A DNA stretch of 64,000 nt from Spirochaetia bacterium. GTDB lineage: Bacteria > Spirochaetota > Spirochaetia > DSM-2461. The stretch covers positions 2,592,001-2,656,000 of the forward strand of contig CAXXIA010000002.1 of the NCBI GenBank assembly GCA_963666985.2, read 5' to 3'. The position numbers and the translations under genes were made by a program. Shown in pieces: positions 1 through 9,902 of this stretch (within the stretch, counting starts at the first letter, position 1; each line of letters starts with the position of its first letter). A model generated the notes under the pieces. That model saw only the letters and a program-made list of their open reading frames with translations, did not search any database and was not told the origin of the DNA.

Positions 1-2796
1 ATGACATTGGTGCTCAACGGCGACAGAAGCGAACGGGAGCTCGCCCGAATAGCGGAAGACCAAATAATCCCGTCGCTGGAAGCCCTGGAAGGCGTGGCCG
101 GAGTCGATCTGGAAGGAATCCGGGAAAGTATCGTGCGGGTGGACATCGATCAGCTTGCCCTGGAGTCTTACGGTTTATCAATGACCACCGTCGGTCAAAT
201 CCTTTCGGCTCAGAACCTGCAGCTCGGCGCCGGCTCCTTTGAAGAAGCGGATAAAGACATCATCATTCGGACCAGCGGCCGTTACGCGAACCTCGATGAA
301 ATCGGCGATACGGTTATCATGACGGTTCCCGATTCGGACGGAGAAGGGAGTATTCCCATACGCCTGAAGGATATGGGTACCGTGTCCTGGGGATACGCCG
401 ACGCCGAGAGCCTGGTGCGGATCAACGGAGAGAAGGGCATTACGCTTAACGTCCGCAAAAGTTCGGACGCCAACAGCGTTCAGGCGGCCGACCTTGTAAA
501 ATCCGAGCTTGAGACTCTGAACGGCAATCTTCCCGGAGGCGTGAGCATCGCTCTGCTCACCGACAGCACCGAAGATGTCCGCACCAACCTTTTTGAAGTG
601 GGCAAGGCGGCCGTTCTGGGCGTTTTGTTCGCCGTCATCGTCCTGCTCGTGTTCCTGCGGCAGGTTAAGAGCACCGTCATCGTAGGGCTGTCCATTCCCA
701 TCGCTCTGCTGATAACCGTCGCGGGTTTGGCGATTACGGGACGAACCTTGAACATCGTTACACTCGTGGGCTTGTCCATGGGAGTGGGACTTATCGTGGA
801 TTCCTCCATCGTTATCATCGAGAACATCTACAGGCTCAGGCAGAAAGGCGCTCCCATGGAGGTTTCCGCCCGCCGCGGCGCCGGAGAGATGATGGCGCCC
901 ATCGTGGCCTCCACGCTCACCACCGTCGCGGTGTTCCTGCCGCTCATCCTTTATAAGAACGACCTCGGATTCTTGGGCGGATTTTTCGGAGAACTGGCTT
1001 TCGTCATCATCCTGGCTCTTGTGTCGTCACTGGCCATCGCGGCCATCCTGGTGCCCGTTCTTTCTTCGCGGTTTCTTACCATTCATACCCGTGCGGAGAA
1101 ACCGATCGGAAACCGTTTCCTCCGCGGCATCGACGATGCCATGGAACGCGGCTTAACGTCCATGGAGAACGCTTTCGCCGGATTCCTTAAAAAAGCCATG
1201 AAGCATAAGGGACTGGTTATTGCCGTCGCTTTGGGATTGCTCGGCGGCTCGGTGCTCCTGTTTACCCGGATCAATGTTTCCATGATGCCCGACATGCCGG
1301 AAACTTCCATTTATCTGGAAGCGGACTTCCCGACGGGTACCGCCATCGGCGAGACAGAACGGATCTTGATGGATCTTCAGGAGAGAATCGCCGAAGAAGC
1401 CGTCGGAACCGATCGTATTGTCGTTACGGCGGAAAAATCCGAAGGAACCTTGGAAGTCACGTTTTCCGAAGATACGGACGCCTCCGCCGAAACGGCGCGT
1501 CTGAAAGCGGCGATCAGAACGTTCATCGACGATTATCCCGGCGTGGAATTCGTTTTCTCTTCCGGAGATATGGCCGCGCGCGCCTTGTCCTCTTCCGGCG
1601 TGGACGTGGCCGTTACCGGGAGCGACTGGGATGCGATTATGGATCTTGCCGATGAGATTTCCTTGTGTCTGAGCACTCTCGACGGCATCGAAGAGGTGGA
1701 GAACGACGCCGAGCGCGGTTTGCCCCAGGCGGAGATTATCTTCGACCGGAAGGCTTTGTATGCTCATGGTCTGAATGCCGCGAGCGTGGCCGCAGAAGTG
1801 CGCGCTCTGACGGCCGGTACAACGGCGACGACTTATATCGAGGACGGCGAAACCTACGACGTTGTTCTTCGGCTGGCCGAATCGGACCGCTCGAAAGAAA
1901 CCGATCTTGAGCGGCTTTTCGTAACCAACGCCTCCGGCGAGCGCGTGAGTCTGGCGCAGATTGCCGAGATTCGCCGTTCCTCGGGGCCGACAACCATAAC
2001 CCGCGAAGATCAGATTCGCACCGTGCATGTCGTCGGAACACCGGCCGAGGGAGCCGCCATCCGCGATATCACGGACGCCGCCGAATCTCTTTTGTCCGAA
2101 TCAATCGACGAGGTGCCGGGCGCCCATTGGAGCATCGGGGGCGAAATGGACGAATTCGCGGAAACCGGCGGCACCATGGGTTTCGTCATGATTATCGCGG
2201 CTCTTCTGGTGGTGGCGGTGATGGTGGCGCAGTTCGAATCTTTTAAAGATCCGCTGTTGATTTTCATGGCCATGCCCATGATGGTAATCGGTATCGCGGT
2301 TGTCTTCGCCGTTTCGGGAACGACGCTTTCCATGATCAGTATGATGGGTATCGTCATGCTGCTGGGAATCGTGGTGAACAACGGTATCGTGCTCGTGGAC
2401 CATACGCGCCTTTTACGCCGCCGCGGCATGGGCGTGGAGCAGGCGGCGGTTGAATCCGGCCGCTCTCGGCTGAAACCCGTACTGATGACCACGCTCACCA
2501 CAATCCTTGCCATGACGCCCATGGCGTTCTTCCCCGGCGAAGGGGGAGAAATGATGCAGCCCATGGGGCTTGCCATCGTCGGAGGCCTCACCACGAGCAC
2601 TCTGGGAACCTTGGTGCTCGTACCCCTCCTTTATGCGATTTTCCACAGACGCGAGAAAGACGACTTTACCGGCCGCCGGGAACGCCGGCGCGCAAAGAAA
2701 GCCGCCGAGGCCGACTCGGCGCACGGATTCGGTTCGGAAGCGTTCTTATCCGCGGAAGGTTCCGTTCTCGGCGCAAACCCGAAGGAGAGTGAATAA
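1..2796 (+). CDS. RND efflux permease (AcrB/AcrD/AcrF family), 5'-truncated by window edge
   Basis: 931-aa ORF open from base 1; TM4 GLIVDSSIVIIENI and C-terminal GIVVNNGIVLVD...RLKPVLMTTLTT motifs. Confidence 0.95.
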   Translation: MTLVLNGDRSERELARIAEDQIIPSLEALEGVAGVDLEGIRESIVRVDIDQLALESYGLSMTTVGQILSAQNLQLGAGSFEEADKDIIIRTSGRYANLDEIGDTVIMTVPDSDGEGSIPIRLKDMGTVSWGYADAESLVRINGEKGITLNVRKSSDANSVQAADLVKSELETLNGNLPGGVSIALLTDSTEDVRTNLFEVGKAAVLGVLFAVIVLLVFLRQVKSTVIVGLSIPIALLITVAGLAITGRTLNIVTLVGLSMGVGLIVDSSIVIIENIYRLRQKGAPMEVSARRGAGEMMAPIVASTLTTVAVFLPLILYKNDLGFLGGFFGELAFVIILALVSSLAIAAILVPVLSSRFLTIHTRAEKPIGNRFLRGIDDAMERGLTSMENAFAGFLKKAMKHKGLVIAVALGLLGGSVLLFTRINVSMMPDMPETSIYLEADFPTGTAIGETERILMDLQERIAEEAVGTDRIVVTAEKSEGTLEVTFSEDTDASAETARLKAAIRTFIDDYPGVEFVFSSGDMAARALSSSGVDVAVTGSDWDAIMDLADEISLCLSTLDGIEEVENDAERGLPQAEIIFDRKALYAHGLNAASVAAEVRALTAGTTATTYIEDGETYDVVLRLAESDRSKETDLERLFVTNASGERVSLAQIAEIRRSSGPTTITREDQIRTVHVVGTPAEGAAIRDITDAAESLLSESIDEVPGAHWSIGGEMDEFAETGGTMGFVMIIAALLVVAVMVAQFESFKDPLLIFMAMPMMVIGIAVVFAVSGTTLSMISMMGIVMLLGIVVNNGIVLVDHTRLLRRRGMGVEQAAVESGRSRLKPVLMTTLTTILAMTPMAFFPGEGGEMMQPMGLAIVGGLTTSTLGTLVLVPLLYAIFHRREKDDFTGRRERRRAKKAAEADSAHGFGSEAFLSAEGSVLGANPKESE

Positions 2797-3137
2797 TGAC
2801 TCGTGTTGAAATCATCGCGCACGAAGCGCTGGAAGCGCCTCTTATTGAAGAACTGATGCCGATTCCCGCGAATTCTCATGATTCCGAAGGGCGTTCGGGG
2901 AAACCGTTCACGCTGAGCCGCGGCGTCGCGGGTCGGGGAAGATCCGGATCGTGCTTCGGCGACGAGGTGTGGCCGGAAACGAACATCAGAATTGTTCTTT
3001 TTGTCGAGTCCGATGAGGAAACGCGTATTCGCGGCGCCCTCAAGCGTGTTCGGGAACGTTTCCCGAAACTCGGGCTGGCGGCGTTCGCCGCTTCGGACTA
3101 CGATGAGTGGTACGACGGTACGGAAGGCGATGATTGA
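2796..3137 (+). CDS. Small P-II-like transporter-associated protein (PG0541-type)
   Basis: TAATG coupling to the RND stop; MTRVEIIA...GVAGRG...VWPETN resembles the ORF at 10662-10946. Confidence 0.75.
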   Translation: MTRVEIIAHEALEAPLIEELMPIPANSHDSEGRSGKPFTLSRGVAGRGRSGSCFGDEVWPETNIRIVLFVESDEETRIRGALKRVRERFPKLGLAAFAASDYDEWYDGTEGDD

Positions 3138-3192
3138 CATTCAGGTTTTCGCCTTGGCTCCGTTGTTTTTTCCGGAGTGTACGGAGGAGCCT

Positions 3193-3960
3193 TTGCAAGC
3201 GACGGTTCTCATCATCGAAGACGACAAGGATATCGCGGATTTGATCGCCATGTACCTGGGCCGTGACGGTTTGGAAACCGTTCTTGCCGAGAGCGGCGAG
3301 AGCGGACTGGAAGCTTTTGAACGGGACCGGCCCGACTTGGTGGTGCTCGACATCAATTTGCCCGGAATGGACGGGTATGAAGTTCTTCAAAACCTGAAGA
3401 ACCGCGGGGATGTCCCCGTAATCATGGTAACCGCCAGGCAGGAAGACGAGGACGCCATTCTCGGTTTCGGGATGGGCGCGGACGATTATGTCTACAAGCC
3501 CTTCAGCCCGAAGGTTCTGGCCGCGAGAATCCGCACGCATTTAATGCGGGTTCGGAAGACCGCCGCCGCCCTTGAGGAGGCTTCCTTCCGATCCGGCGGG
3601 TTCTGCGGGGATTCGGGAAACCAAACGCCCTCGGACGAATCGTTTATGAGTTTCGGCTCCTATCATTTGGATGCGCGATCTTATGCGCTGCTCAAGGACG
3701 GAGAAAAAATTTCTTTAAGCCCGAGGGAAATCGATTTATTGATTCATCTGGTTCGAAACGCCGGACGGCCTCTCGACCAGAACGAACTTTACAGAGATGT
3801 TTGGAAGCGGGAGTACGGTGACATTTCCACCGTTGCCGTTCATATCCAGCGGCTTCGGAAGAAAATCGAGGACGATCCGGCGAATCCCCGGTGGCTTAAA
3901 ACCTCTCACGGCCGAGGCTATTTTTTCGATCCCGAGGGTGCCTCCGGCGAATCCTTATGA
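3193..3960 (+). CDS. OmpR/PhoB-family response regulator
   Basis: Receiver domain (LIIEDD, DLVVLDINLPGMDG, KPF) plus winged helix; start moved to the in-frame TTG at 3193, downstream of GGAGG. Confidence 0.93.
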   Translation: MQATVLIIEDDKDIADLIAMYLGRDGLETVLAESGESGLEAFERDRPDLVVLDINLPGMDGYEVLQNLKNRGDVPVIMVTARQEDEDAILGFGMGADDYVYKPFSPKVLAARIRTHLMRVRKTAAALEEASFRSGGFCGDSGNQTPSDESFMSFGSYHLDARSYALLKDGEKISLSPREIDLLIHLVRNAGRPLDQNELYRDVWKREYGDISTVAVHIQRLRKKIEDDPANPRWLKTSHGRGYFFDPEGASGESL

Positions 3961-5426
3961 AACTGGCCCGCAAGCTTCAGATAACCTATCTGCTTCTTTT
4001 GGTGGGGCCCGTCATGATTATCGGGCTTCTCTTTGTAGTCACCTATTTCATCGGGGGCCATATCATCGGGCCGTTTTCCGAGATCGACGGACCGGGTTTC
4101 ATCAAATCCGAACTCTCCCTCATTATGAAGAAAGACTGGGAGCGCTACTCGGATCTCCGGGAACATATTGTGATATTCATCCTCGCCGAGGACGGAACCA
4201 TGGTTTTTCCGGAAATCTCCGATAGGAACATTATTCCCGCGGACCATCCCCTCGCCGATCAGGTGAAAGGGCTCAATATCTTCCAGCCCGGTTCCATTTC
4301 TCCCGAACCTTCGGGTCTGTCCACTCCGATTTCCCTGATCGATGTTTTTGAAAAGTACGGAACGAAATGGTCTTACGGATTGTACATTACGCCGTTTACT
4401 GTGAACGGTGAACGCTACACCGCCGGGTGGCAGGAACCCATTATGGGTTTTCGGGGGTTCATCGCCCGAAAAGGCTGGTTTTTTCCGCTCTTTATCTTCA
4501 CGTTTATGATGATTATTCCCGTATTCGTTGAAACCAAGCTTCGTAAATCCATACAGCGCCTTCAGGAATCTGCGCTGCGCATCAGGGAAGGCGATTTCGA
4601 GCATCCCGTTCCGCTTGATAAACGCGATAATTTGGTCGATTTGGCCGAGTCCTTGGAAGATGTTCGGGTTAAGCTTAAGGACGGACGCGACCAGGGAATC
4701 CGATATCTGATGGCCGTTTCCCATGATTTGCGGACGCCTCTTACGTCCATCAAGGGATACATCGAAGCCTTAGGCGACGGTTTGGCCGAAACCCCGGAGG
4801 AGTACGCGCGTTATCTGGCGATACTGGCCGAAAAAGCGGCCCTTTTGGAAAATCGAATCGGTGAGCTGATTGATTTTTCCCGCGCCATGACCGGAGGCGT
4901 TATCGCCGCCAGAACCTTCATCGATGCCGCGGATTTCTTTTTCCGGCTCGACGCCGCTTTTCGGACGGAAGCGGGATTCTCCGGTAGAAAATACGTTTCC
5001 GAACTCTCTCTTTCCGGAGGGGTAATCGTGGAAGGAAACGCCGAAGCCCTTTACCGGGCCTGGGAGAATCTTTTCATTAATGCCGTACGCCACACGGAAG
5101 AAGGAAGCCGCATTTGTTTAAGGATCGGAATCGACGATTCCGGTACTTTGCCGGGATTGAAGGAAAAGGGGGCCTCCCGAAGAGTCGATGCCGTTCTCTT
5201 CGGTGAGATTGAGGATGACGGCGAAGGCGTCGACGAGGCGTTCGTACCGCTGCTCTTCGAACCGTTTTCCCGAGCGGACAAGGGACGAAACAGCGAAGGT
5301 CTCGGCCTCGGTCTCGCGGCCGCCAAGTTCGTCGCCAAGGTTCACGGAGGAGACGTTGATTATCGTCCTTCTCCCGGCGGCGGGGCGATTTTCCGGATTC
5401 GGATTCCCTGCCGGCTTCCGGAATAA
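3957..5426 (+). CDS. HAMP-domain sensor histidine kinase
   Basis: Two TM segments, HAMP, H-box SHDLRTPLT, N/G boxes; ATGA overlap with the regulator. Confidence 0.95.
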   Translation: MKLARKLQITYLLLLVGPVMIIGLLFVVTYFIGGHIIGPFSEIDGPGFIKSELSLIMKKDWERYSDLREHIVIFILAEDGTMVFPEISDRNIIPADHPLADQVKGLNIFQPGSISPEPSGLSTPISLIDVFEKYGTKWSYGLYITPFTVNGERYTAGWQEPIMGFRGFIARKGWFFPLFIFTFMMIIPVFVETKLRKSIQRLQESALRIREGDFEHPVPLDKRDNLVDLAESLEDVRVKLKDGRDQGIRYLMAVSHDLRTPLTSIKGYIEALGDGLAETPEEYARYLAILAEKAALLENRIGELIDFSRAMTGGVIAARTFIDAADFFFRLDAAFRTEAGFSGRKYVSELSLSGGVIVEGNAEALYRAWENLFINAVRHTEEGSRICLRIGIDDSGTLPGLKEKGASRRVDAVLFGEIEDDGEGVDEAFVPLLFEPFSRADKGRNSEGLGLGLAAAKFVAKVHGGDVDYRPSPGGGAIFRIRIPCRLPE

Positions 5427-5534
5427 CGTCCGTTCGGCGAACATTCCGCCGGCTGATGGAAGAATTCGTTTTTTTGGCGATCCGCAGGAAAACGAACCGG
5501 TTTTTTACCGAAGAAAAGCCGCCTGCAGGACTTG

Positions 5535-6104
5535 TTAGGGCAGGGGGGAACCCGCATTGCGCCAGCGTTCCAGCTCGTCAAGAAAGTTCGGCGTGAAGGA
5601 ACCGGCATCAGGACTCTCGGCCGCCGTGAAATCAATCTCTTTAACATCCCAGAACCGGCCTTCCGAGATTTCACTTTCCTGAAGAGCAAAAGGGCCGTTC
5701 CATCGGCATATCCAGGTATGGACGAATTCCGATTCGTATTCGTTGGCATGAATGTATGCGTGCAGAAAGATCAGTTTCGGCGCTTTTTCGCCTTTCTGAG
5801 GAATCCCGAGTTCTTCGGCCAGCTCCCTTAATGCGGCGGCTTTTCCATCCTCACCCGCATCAACGTGTCCGCCGACGGACGTGTCCCATTTTCCGGGCTG
5901 CACATCCTTGTCTTCGGCGCGTTTCTGAAGGAAAAGATCTCCTTCCCGATTGAATACAAGAACGTGGACCACTCGGTGGAGAAGCGCCGGATTTCCATGA
6001 ACCTCATTTCGGAAGGCGCGTCCTATGACATGGTTGTGAGTGTCCACGATATCGAGGAGTTCGCCGCCGGTTTTCGGGGTGCTTTTGGAGTTCCTTGTAC
6101 TCAC
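5535..6104 (-). CDS. NUDIX hydrolase (IDI-1/YfcD-like)
   Basis: Nudix box GGHVDAGEDGKAAALRELAEELGI; HRVVHVLVFN and LQKR motifs. Confidence 0.88.
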   Translation of the reverse strand: MSTRNSKSTPKTGGELLDIVDTHNHVIGRAFRNEVHGNPALLHRVVHVLVFNREGDLFLQKRAEDKDVQPGKWDTSVGGHVDAGEDGKAAALRELAEELGIPQKGEKAPKLIFLHAYIHANEYESEFVHTWICRWNGPFALQESEISEGRFWDVKEIDFTAAESPDAGSFTPNFLDELERWRNAGSPLP

Positions 6105-6709
6105 GGGGCAATCTCAAGACAGTTCAGAATCGCGTCCATGCGCCGACCCGCTCTGCCGCGATGGGATATGAGGTTTTTTTCATCCGAGGGGAGCTGCGCG
6201 ACCGTGCATCCGCGTTCGGGCAGATAGAAGATCGGGTCGTATCCGAATCCTCCGCATCCCGCGGCTGAGTCCGCGATTCGTCCGGAGAACGTTTCCTGGG
6301 CGGTGAAAACACGGTATTCGTCCGCGATGAAGACCATGCAGCAGACAAAAAAGGCGCGCCTCTCTTCGCCGCTCAAGTGAGCCATGTTGCGCAACAAAAG
6401 GCCGTTGCGTTCGGCAGCTTCCAGTTCCCGGCCCGCTTCATCGCCGCCGTACCGGGCCGAATAAATCCCGGGGGCTCCGCCGAGCGCCGGGACCGAAAGG
6501 CCCGAATCGTCGGCCAATACCGCGCGTCCGCCTGATTGAGCGAAAAGAACGCGGGCTTTAATAAGGGCATTTTCCAGATATGTCGCACCGGTTTCGTCGG
6601 CATCGAAATCAACGCCGATATCCGCCGGAAGCAGGATGGAATGATCCCTTAGAATGCGTTCGAGCTCTTCTTTTTTATGCCGATTTCCGGATGCAAGTAC
6701 GAATTCCAT
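6101..6709 (-). CDS. rdgB: Non-canonical purine NTP pyrophosphatase (RdgB/HAM1)
   Basis: ASGNRHK, ENALIKA, DDSGL, GFGYDPIF and SHRG motifs. Confidence 0.95.
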   Translation of the reverse strand: MEFVLASGNRHKKEELERILRDHSILLPADIGVDFDADETGATYLENALIKARVLFAQSGGRAVLADDSGLSVPALGGAPGIYSARYGGDEAGRELEAAERNGLLLRNMAHLSGEERRAFFVCCMVFIADEYRVFTAQETFSGRIADSAAGCGGFGYDPIFYLPERGCTVAQLPSDEKNLISHRGRAGRRMDAILNCLEIAP

Positions 6710-6977
6710 AACCGAATGTATCCTTATGAGTCCGCCCTCTTCAAGGGGACTTCGGATAGGTATCGGTCAGAGAGGGCAGAGTCTCTGCCGGAGCCGGGAA
6801 AGGCCTTGCGGGCAGGACCTTTTGCGGCCGCCCCGGGAACCCTCTGAGCGGGAACGACCGGCATAAGGTCGGCAAATTTTAAGTGCTCAGCCGCAATGAA
6901 TCGGCCGCGAAAAAGGCAAAATCCGCGATAACGATGCCGATTTCAACTTGGATGCTCAACCGCGGTATAAGTGCCGA

Positions 6978-7979
6978 TCAGTTCCCTGAGTGCACGTTCT
7001 CTTGAGGCTTCGGGACCGTTCTCTGCGGGCGAATCCGGTGAGTCGTCCGCTGTTCCTGAGCCGGGATGTTTCTTAAGCGGAGCTTTTGGGGAACGGGTAA
7101 GCCGGATTCCATGTCGTTCCAGATTTTTCTGACAAAGAACAATCCGGAGGAAACCGTACCCGGCGGAACATCCAGCAGCCGCCCGATTTCCTCATGAGAC
7201 GGCGATACGTTCAAATGCCGCAGATTCTCGCAGGCCGACTCGTAACGTTTTTCCCATGTGTGCATTCTTCTTTCCAATAAGGGTTTTGAATCGGGATTCC
7301 CATGGCCGTCCGAAGCGGCGAGCATCTTGGCGCCGTTCAGGTGGTACCAGCATTCATTGCGCCGCCGCTTCAGCTTTTCCCGTTTGTCTACCTTTGATGC
7401 AACCAAGCCGCGGGCCCGCTTTGTTTTCTCCTCAAGCCATTCGGGATCGACCCCGGTAAGTCCGGCCAATACGGGAATCCGATCCTCCGGTATATCGGCG
7501 GCTTTCAGCAGGATAACGAACAAAAGACGTCTTCTGAAGGCCCAGTCGCCCAAGCGGCCTTCACTGTCGAGTTCGAAAGGACATTCGTCTTCGAACGATC
7601 CGTCTTTAATCAGGGCCTCAAAATCACCGCCGAGTTCCGGGTTCTCCAACCAGGCCAGAGAAGTCTGCTGTTCGGATTCTTTAACCGACCAGGCGACATA
7701 CCGTTCATACGCGGATTTTTTTTCGATGAACGTCTTCATGTTCCATCTGATTGTGCAGCTCAGGTATGTCTCGAACGAATAGACAGGCTGGTATCGGCCA
7801 ACGATGCCCTTTAATTTCGGAAGGAAAAAAAGAAAGAAATCGCTGCACCGATCTTCGTCCCAGTTCGACCATTTCACCGGGTATTCATAGGAATAAAGAC
7901 AAATCCGTTCATAAAGTTCCCTCCAGCCTTTCCCTGAGTTTTTGTACGCCATTACGGCATGGGTCAATGTACCGTCCAT
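6978..7979 (-). CDS. Divergent sigma70-like protein (region 2-like N-terminus, region 4-like HTH)
   Basis: DEDRCSDFFLFF...RYQPVYSFETYLSCTIR resembles sigma region 2; PSHEEIGRLLDVPPGTVSS resembles region 4.2; GAGGAG RBS. Confidence 0.6.
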   Translation of the reverse strand: MDGTLTHAVMAYKNSGKGWRELYERICLYSYEYPVKWSNWDEDRCSDFFLFFLPKLKGIVGRYQPVYSFETYLSCTIRWNMKTFIEKKSAYERYVAWSVKESEQQTSLAWLENPELGGDFEALIKDGSFEDECPFELDSEGRLGDWAFRRRLLFVILLKAADIPEDRIPVLAGLTGVDPEWLEEKTKRARGLVASKVDKREKLKRRRNECWYHLNGAKMLAASDGHGNPDSKPLLERRMHTWEKRYESACENLRHLNVSPSHEEIGRLLDVPPGTVSSGLFFVRKIWNDMESGLPVPQKLRLRNIPAQEQRTTHRIRPQRTVPKPQENVHSGN

Positions 7980-8012
7980 ACGGTTCTCCTCATTTTGGGG
8001 TGTGCTTCATAA

Positions 8013-8028
8013 AGCAAGGAGTGTGCCC
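8013..8028 (-). promoter_or_regulatory. Putative sigma54 (-24/-12) promoter
   Basis: Minus strand GGGCACACTCCTTGCT has exact GG-N10-GC spacing with GGCAC and TTGC, ~35 bp upstream of the ATG at 7979. Confidence 0.65.
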
Positions 8029-8524
8029 GGATAAGGGACGTTTTAGGGGTATTCGGGTTGTGTATAGTAAACAAGGAGTTGAAAATCCGACAAAAGTGTC
8101 GTTTTTTTTATCTTGATGATCCCCGCCGGCGTTTCAGGAGGGCGGATTTTTGTATTCTACGGGAGATTTATCGAGCCGACAGCGGCGCCGAGCTGACCTA
8201 TTCAATTAAGGCGGTCAAAGCTTCACTGTAAGGAATCGTCGGGTTCGGCAGAACGGAGGGCCGCTTCGTTGGAAGCCGCTCTAACCGCCCGAATCGTGTA
8301 ACTGGGATGGTCACCTTCCTAAAAGGGCGTTCAACGTTTCGGCCCGATGCCGGCCCCTAAGCCACTTTTCGGATTTCACTGGATACAGGGCGGCCCGTTC
8401 GCTAAGGGCGCCGCCCCAATTCGGCATTAGGAGAGTCTCGTTCGCTGCGGACGCCGGTCCTGATTTGTTTAAGAAAGCGTTGATAAAGCGCAAATTTTGT
8501 CGTGATTCATACGAAAGATTTTGT

Positions 8525-9730
8525 TTAAGTCAGTTTTTCATCCATCCAATCAAATAAAAGCTGGCTCATCAAATGGATATTGGTTCCCACAGCGTGGGAA
8601 TCGGCCCCTTCGTCGGCGGGGGTTATTAGCAATGTGGAATCCTTAACGGCTTTTAAACAATGTTCTGCGGCGTTTTGTGTAGGAGGAAACTGAAAATATT
8701 CCTGTTCCGCTACAAGATTCAAAAGCGGGCATTTGATTTCTTCCGGGTTAAATTTCATAGGTTCACTGTTGATAAGCAACTCATCATTGTTTCGCGCCCC
8801 CCATCTCCATCGATAGGTTTCCACAAGATTGATGAACGACCTATAGGTATCGGGTTTCAGGAGTTTCATAATTTTCCCCGGCAGGGACTTATGGAGATTC
8901 AGCAGCTTGCGGGTCCAAAGAGTGTTTAAATCCAGGATGACACTGCAGGCGGCGACAGCTTTGATTCGCTTATCCTTCGATGCGGATCGTGGAGTCAGAT
9001 AACCTCCTCCGCTAATGCCGTAAAGACCTAGTTTCTCCGTATGAATGTCACCTCTTTTTTCCAATTCGTCAATTAAGACTCCGATGGAGGCCTCCGCTTC
9101 CACCGGGAAATACAGACCTTCCCACGGAAGGGGTCCTTGCCCCGGTAAGTCCACCATCACAAGCTGGTATCCTCTGCGAAAAGCCGAAGGACCGATATAG
9201 AAGTAAAGATCTTCCACGAAAGTGTCGCCGCCTCCAATCATTATCAAAGTTTTTCCCGCATCGAGACGGTCGTCGGGTTTGAATATATACCCCGGTAGAA
9301 GTCCTTCTTCGAACGGGATTTCTATGGTTTCGGCTTCCATTGAACGCAATTCGATTCCTCGGCGGAACCAATTTCGGGCGGCCTCGTAAGAAGCCTTGTA
9401 ACGTTTGTCAGTCCTTGGATTTAGAAACAAAGGTGCCGAACGAAAATAGATATAGCCTCTCAGAAAGGCATCCGAAGCACTTAGTTTATGGCCGTGCTTT
9501 TCGGAGTTTTCAGCCCTTGAGAGAACCCGATTGCCCATTGCCGTGAATTCACGGTACCAATCTTCTCCGTTTCCTTCCCTTATATGAGATGCAATGTACA
9601 TCGCTTCTCCGATTTCCGCTCCTCCGCCGGAGCAACTCCCCAAAATCCATTGGAACATGAAGTCGAAGGGCTTGGTTTTGAATCGGTAGGTAATTCGGGC
9701 ATCCCTGGGAAGTCCATCTTGTTTTTTCAT
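8525..9730 (-). CDS. Alpha/beta hydrolase (2,6-dihydropseudooxynicotine hydrolase/FrsA-like esterase)
   Basis: Nucleophile elbow GISGGG, C-terminal His (ADSHA); start at ATG 9730 downstream of GGAGG. Confidence 0.85.
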   Translation of the reverse strand: MKKQDGLPRDARITYRFKTKPFDFMFQWILGSCSGGGAEIGEAMYIASHIREGNGEDWYREFTAMGNRVLSRAENSEKHGHKLSASDAFLRGYIYFRSAPLFLNPRTDKRYKASYEAARNWFRRGIELRSMEAETIEIPFEEGLLPGYIFKPDDRLDAGKTLIMIGGGDTFVEDLYFYIGPSAFRRGYQLVMVDLPGQGPLPWEGLYFPVEAEASIGVLIDELEKRGDIHTEKLGLYGISGGGYLTPRSASKDKRIKAVAACSVILDLNTLWTRKLLNLHKSLPGKIMKLLKPDTYRSFINLVETYRWRWGARNNDELLINSEPMKFNPEEIKCPLLNLVAEQEYFQFPPTQNAAEHCLKAVKDSTLLITPADEGADSHAVGTNIHLMSQLLFDWMDEKLT

Positions 9731-9766
9731 TTCTTCCTCCTCGAGTTCTTGAAAAAAAGCTCGCAT

Positions 9767-9789
9767 CTATGCAACAATTTGTTGCATAG
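9767..9789. promoter_or_regulatory. Perfect 11-1-11 palindrome, probable TetR operator
   Basis: CTATGCAACAA-T-TTGTTGCATAG between the divergent hydrolase and TetR genes. Confidence 0.7.
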
Positions 9790-9902
9790 TAAAGATGCAT
9801 GGAATCCGGAAATCTCTCAAGTTTTTCTCTGCGGCAGAAACGGAACAGTGTGTTGAGAAAACGACAAAAAACCTGCTTTATGCTGCAAAAGACGAAGTAA
9901 GC

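Noticed and set aside
6710..6977. GC-rich stems upstream of rdgB resembling a c-di-GMP-I riboswitch (GGCCGCAAA)
   Set aside because: The GGCAAA and GNRA-capped P2 elements are missing; the pairing can be explained by high GC
8110..8524. Long intergenic stretch as tmRNA, RNase P or SRP RNA, or the 60-aa ORF 8311-8493
   Set aside because: No diagnostic motifs recognised; the ORF has no clear RBS or recognisable family
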